This document shows, one piece after another, positions 61,418 through 64,000 of a DNA stretch of 64,000 nt. The stretch spans positions 186,001 to 250,000 of the forward strand of contig CDRNST010000339.1 of assembly GCA_977016875.1 (NCBI GenBank), written 5' to 3'. Source of the DNA: Pavona decussata. Its lineage: Eukaryota. A program made the position numbers and the translations under genes. Position 1 is the stretch's first letter; each line of letters opens with the position of its first letter. The notes under the pieces were generated by a model. It had not been told where the DNA came from. It did not search any database and saw nothing but the letters and a program-made list of their open reading frames with translations.

Positions 61418-62467
61418 CACGGATCTTTATACCCGGCCCGGTAAAATTTCTCTATACTATGGAAAAGAAACAGTTACAGTTTATAGCTTCAGTTTATTTA
61501 CACTTGGATATAGTATTTACATTGTATATAAGAACATAGAAATAAAATAACAAATAAAAGGAGAAAAGAAATAAGTTAATTTCTCTGAGATACTCTGATC
61601 AAGGACGGTTATTGAAGCTGTTCAAAACACCCACAGCAGGTGTTTTACTAAAACACTTTGATACAATAATGCCGATTGTATTTTAAAAAGTGCTTCAGTC
61701 AAGCCTCTCACTGTGTTGATTCTTAGTAACAACAAAAACTTCGTGGGAAATTTGCCGTGCAAAACAACTGAGAAACGTCAGATGTCGCCCATCACATGAG
61801 GCGAACTCAATTTAATGAAGTTCGGCGTATGCGAAGTTCTTCAGTAAATTCGACTTCGAATTCGCGTTTTTCAATTTCTTACTCTTTTATAAGTTCTAAC
61901 CTTGTAATGTAAGCTACTTTGTAGAGAGGCTCCTTAGCTATAAAAAAAAAAACGACTTTGGGATTTTTGAACAAGAACGGAACCATATTTAAAAAATCAC
62001 AGAGTGCACTGACTTTGAGGCAAAAAGTTACGAATAATTTCAAGCGCGGAAAATGATCAGATCACTTAATATCATTAAGACATTTTAAGTTTTAAAAAGT
62101 ATAAACGTAACTAAGGTCCATTTATAAAATTATTAAATCTCGAGAAAATGTAAAGCTTTGGGGTGTCTTCTATCAAAGCGCTGGAATAAAAGAAAGTCAG
62201 TTTAGAGATGGTCATTACAGAGGCAGTATATTTCGATTTATTGCGAGTGTAATCACAACAGTCCTCTAGTACAAGAAATCATTGCTTTATGAAAAGCTAC
62301 ACTTTATTGCAGTCTATCATATGACAGCAATCGGTATGCGGTCACCTTCATTTTACCTAGCTTCAGGTGAACTATCCAGATATAATCATTGCACAACTTT
62401 CAAATTAAAGATATTTACAAACTTCATGATATGAATTTTACCAACGTTTTTAAAAGTTGTCATCAGT

Positions 62468-63421
62468 TTAATTTTGTCTTCTAAGAAGCGCAATCATTGC
62501 TTTACGGATATCCTTACATCTCCAGCAATAAACTATTGGGTTAGCAAGTGAGTTTACCATAAGAATATAAGTAATAAAGGGCTGAAAAACTAGTCGAGCT
62601 CCTAGTGCAAAACCAGTGAATATCCAGAAATCTAATGCAACTACTGGCAAAAACGACAAAATCACAAAACCAATAATTATGCTGGTGGTTTTCCAAGCTT
62701 TCTTTTCCTTTAGGAACTTTTCAGCGGCTTCTCTTGAAATTTGTTCAGTTGCAATTTGCTTTTCGTGACGTCTAGTGACCAGATAAACAGCAAAATGACA
62801 GTATACAATTACTAAGGTGCCAAGGAGAGCGAGGGTAGTGGTAACGGCAGGAGGAAACAAAGAATGAGACAAAAGTCTGTTGGGTAGATAAAGCACGACC
62901 AGAACCCAGCTAAATACAACAGCTATCGTCAACCGAGGTTTTGTTACAATTTCGTGGTATCGGAAAGGATATTTTAGTGCGATAAAACGCTCAAAACTTA
63001 TTAACACTAAATGAATTAAGGACAGTACAATGGGTCTCAAAACCACCGGATAGATTTTAGCCACGATCAATTTACAGTACGTTTCCAGTGAACCACCAGT
63101 GAGAATATAGATCTCCCCTCCAATCAAACCAGGCAGAGTAACAGCTCCTACAAGCACATCAGTTGACGCCAAGCAAGCTAACAGAATGTTGTACGTATTC
63201 TGTAATCTTTGTCTTGTTTTAACCACCAATATAACCAACAGGTTCATCGTAATAATAACGGGAGAGGATAACGCGTTGAGAATTAACGAAATCACAGTGG
63301 AGACATAGTTTGCCGTTAAGAAATTTTCGTTTTCGAGTCGGTTACAGAATTTGCTCGTCACAGAAAGTTGGGTTGCTGAGTCGGTGATGTTCATCGAGGA
63401 ACCGTTTTGCCACTTCAACAT
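62468..63421 (-). CDS. Intronless class A (rhodopsin-like) GPCR, orphan; ATG at 63421 (alternative 63394)
   Basis: Seven hydrophobic segments; TM1 MNLLVI, TM2 LACLASTDVLVG, TM3 ISFERFIALKYPFRY (DRY variant), TM4 FSW, TM6 SFLP, TM7 NSLANPIVY; N-terminal NGS and NIT sequons. Confidence 0.92.
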   Translation of the reverse strand: MLKWQNGSSMNITDSATQLSVTSKFCNRLENENFLTANYVSTVISLILNALSSPVIITMNLLVILVVKTRQRLQNTYNILLACLASTDVLVGAVTLPGLIGGEIYILTGGSLETYCKLIVAKIYPVVLRPIVLSLIHLVLISFERFIALKYPFRYHEIVTKPRLTIAVVFSWVLVVLYLPNRLLSHSLFPPAVTTTLALLGTLVIVYCHFAVYLVTRRHEKQIATEQISREAAEKFLKEKKAWKTTSIIIGFVILSFLPVVALDFWIFTGFALGARLVFQPFITYILMVNSLANPIVYCWRCKDIRKAMIALLRRQN

Positions 63422-63611
63422 TATATTGAGTTCCACAGTTGAAGTTTGTAAGTTCTGTCAGTGTCTGGAAGCTGGGTGATCGCTCTCTTGTGACCTGTCA
63501 GCTTGTTTCCTTATAATGGTGTTGTTTTATAGCGGCAAACGTTTGCGCACGCCGGTATTGACGATCAAACGCTTGACGGTTTTAACTTAATACATTTGAA
63601 ATTATGTTTTC

Positions 63612-63790
63612 GTAAGGTGTAGTGTTGGAAGTATTAAAAGATATGCTAAAAGTTGTTCACACCTTTTTTAAATTGATATATATTTTTTAATTATTATCTT
63701 TTTCTTCCTTAAGGTGTAGTGATGGAAGTATTAAAAGATATGCTAAAAGATTATTCATACCTTTTATAAATTAATATATTTTTATTATTA
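63612..63790. repeat. Tandem duplication, 2 x ~98 bp, upstream of the GPCR
   Basis: TAAGGTGTAGTG.TGGAAGTATTAAAAGATATGCTAAAAG occurs twice. Confidence 0.85.
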
Positions 63791-64000
63791 TCATTATTTT
63801 ACGTGATTGCTTGCTTCTTTGAGAAAACACGCTTTTTTCGACTACGATCTTCTTGTTTTTCTCTGGTTTAGTAAATCATTAATGAATATCAATTGAAACA
63901 AAAAAACTCTCGAACAGCCATGGCTTGACAGTCACCTGGTCTGGACTGAACTGCCTTGACTCACTCCAGGACAAAGTTTTCTATATTCTCTTATCACGTT

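Overview
AT-rich, intron-containing animal DNA, most consistent with a cnidarian and probably a scleractinian coral (inference from gene and repeat content). Left half (1-36 kb): two tandem PRD-class homeobox genes on the minus strand, Rx (3 exons, 269 aa) and Orthopedia (3 exons, 312 aa). They are two members of the homeobrain-rx-orthopedia cluster and are followed by about 16 kb of non-coding DNA upstream of otp. Right half: two head-to-head paralogues encoding N-terminally membrane-anchored proteins of the mainly bacterial DUF885 family. One is complete (5 exons, 798 aa, with HExxPGHH and EGWALYAE motifs); the other has no further exons in the window after exon 3. Intron 3 of the complete gene holds a very young 2.86 kb Ngaro/PAT-type split-direct-repeat element (A1-YR-B1-A2-B2). 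It keeps an intact tyrosine recombinase but has lost gag/RT/RNase H, possibly by splicing, and its B repeat carries an array of stem-loops with a shared loop. Also present: three minimal Penelope-type hammerhead ribozyme motifs, a three-level nested transposon stack including a Crypton-like remnant, several MITEs, and an intronless class A GPCR with an inverted truncated pseudogene copy. All exon and repeat coordinates were read by eye; no database searches were run.
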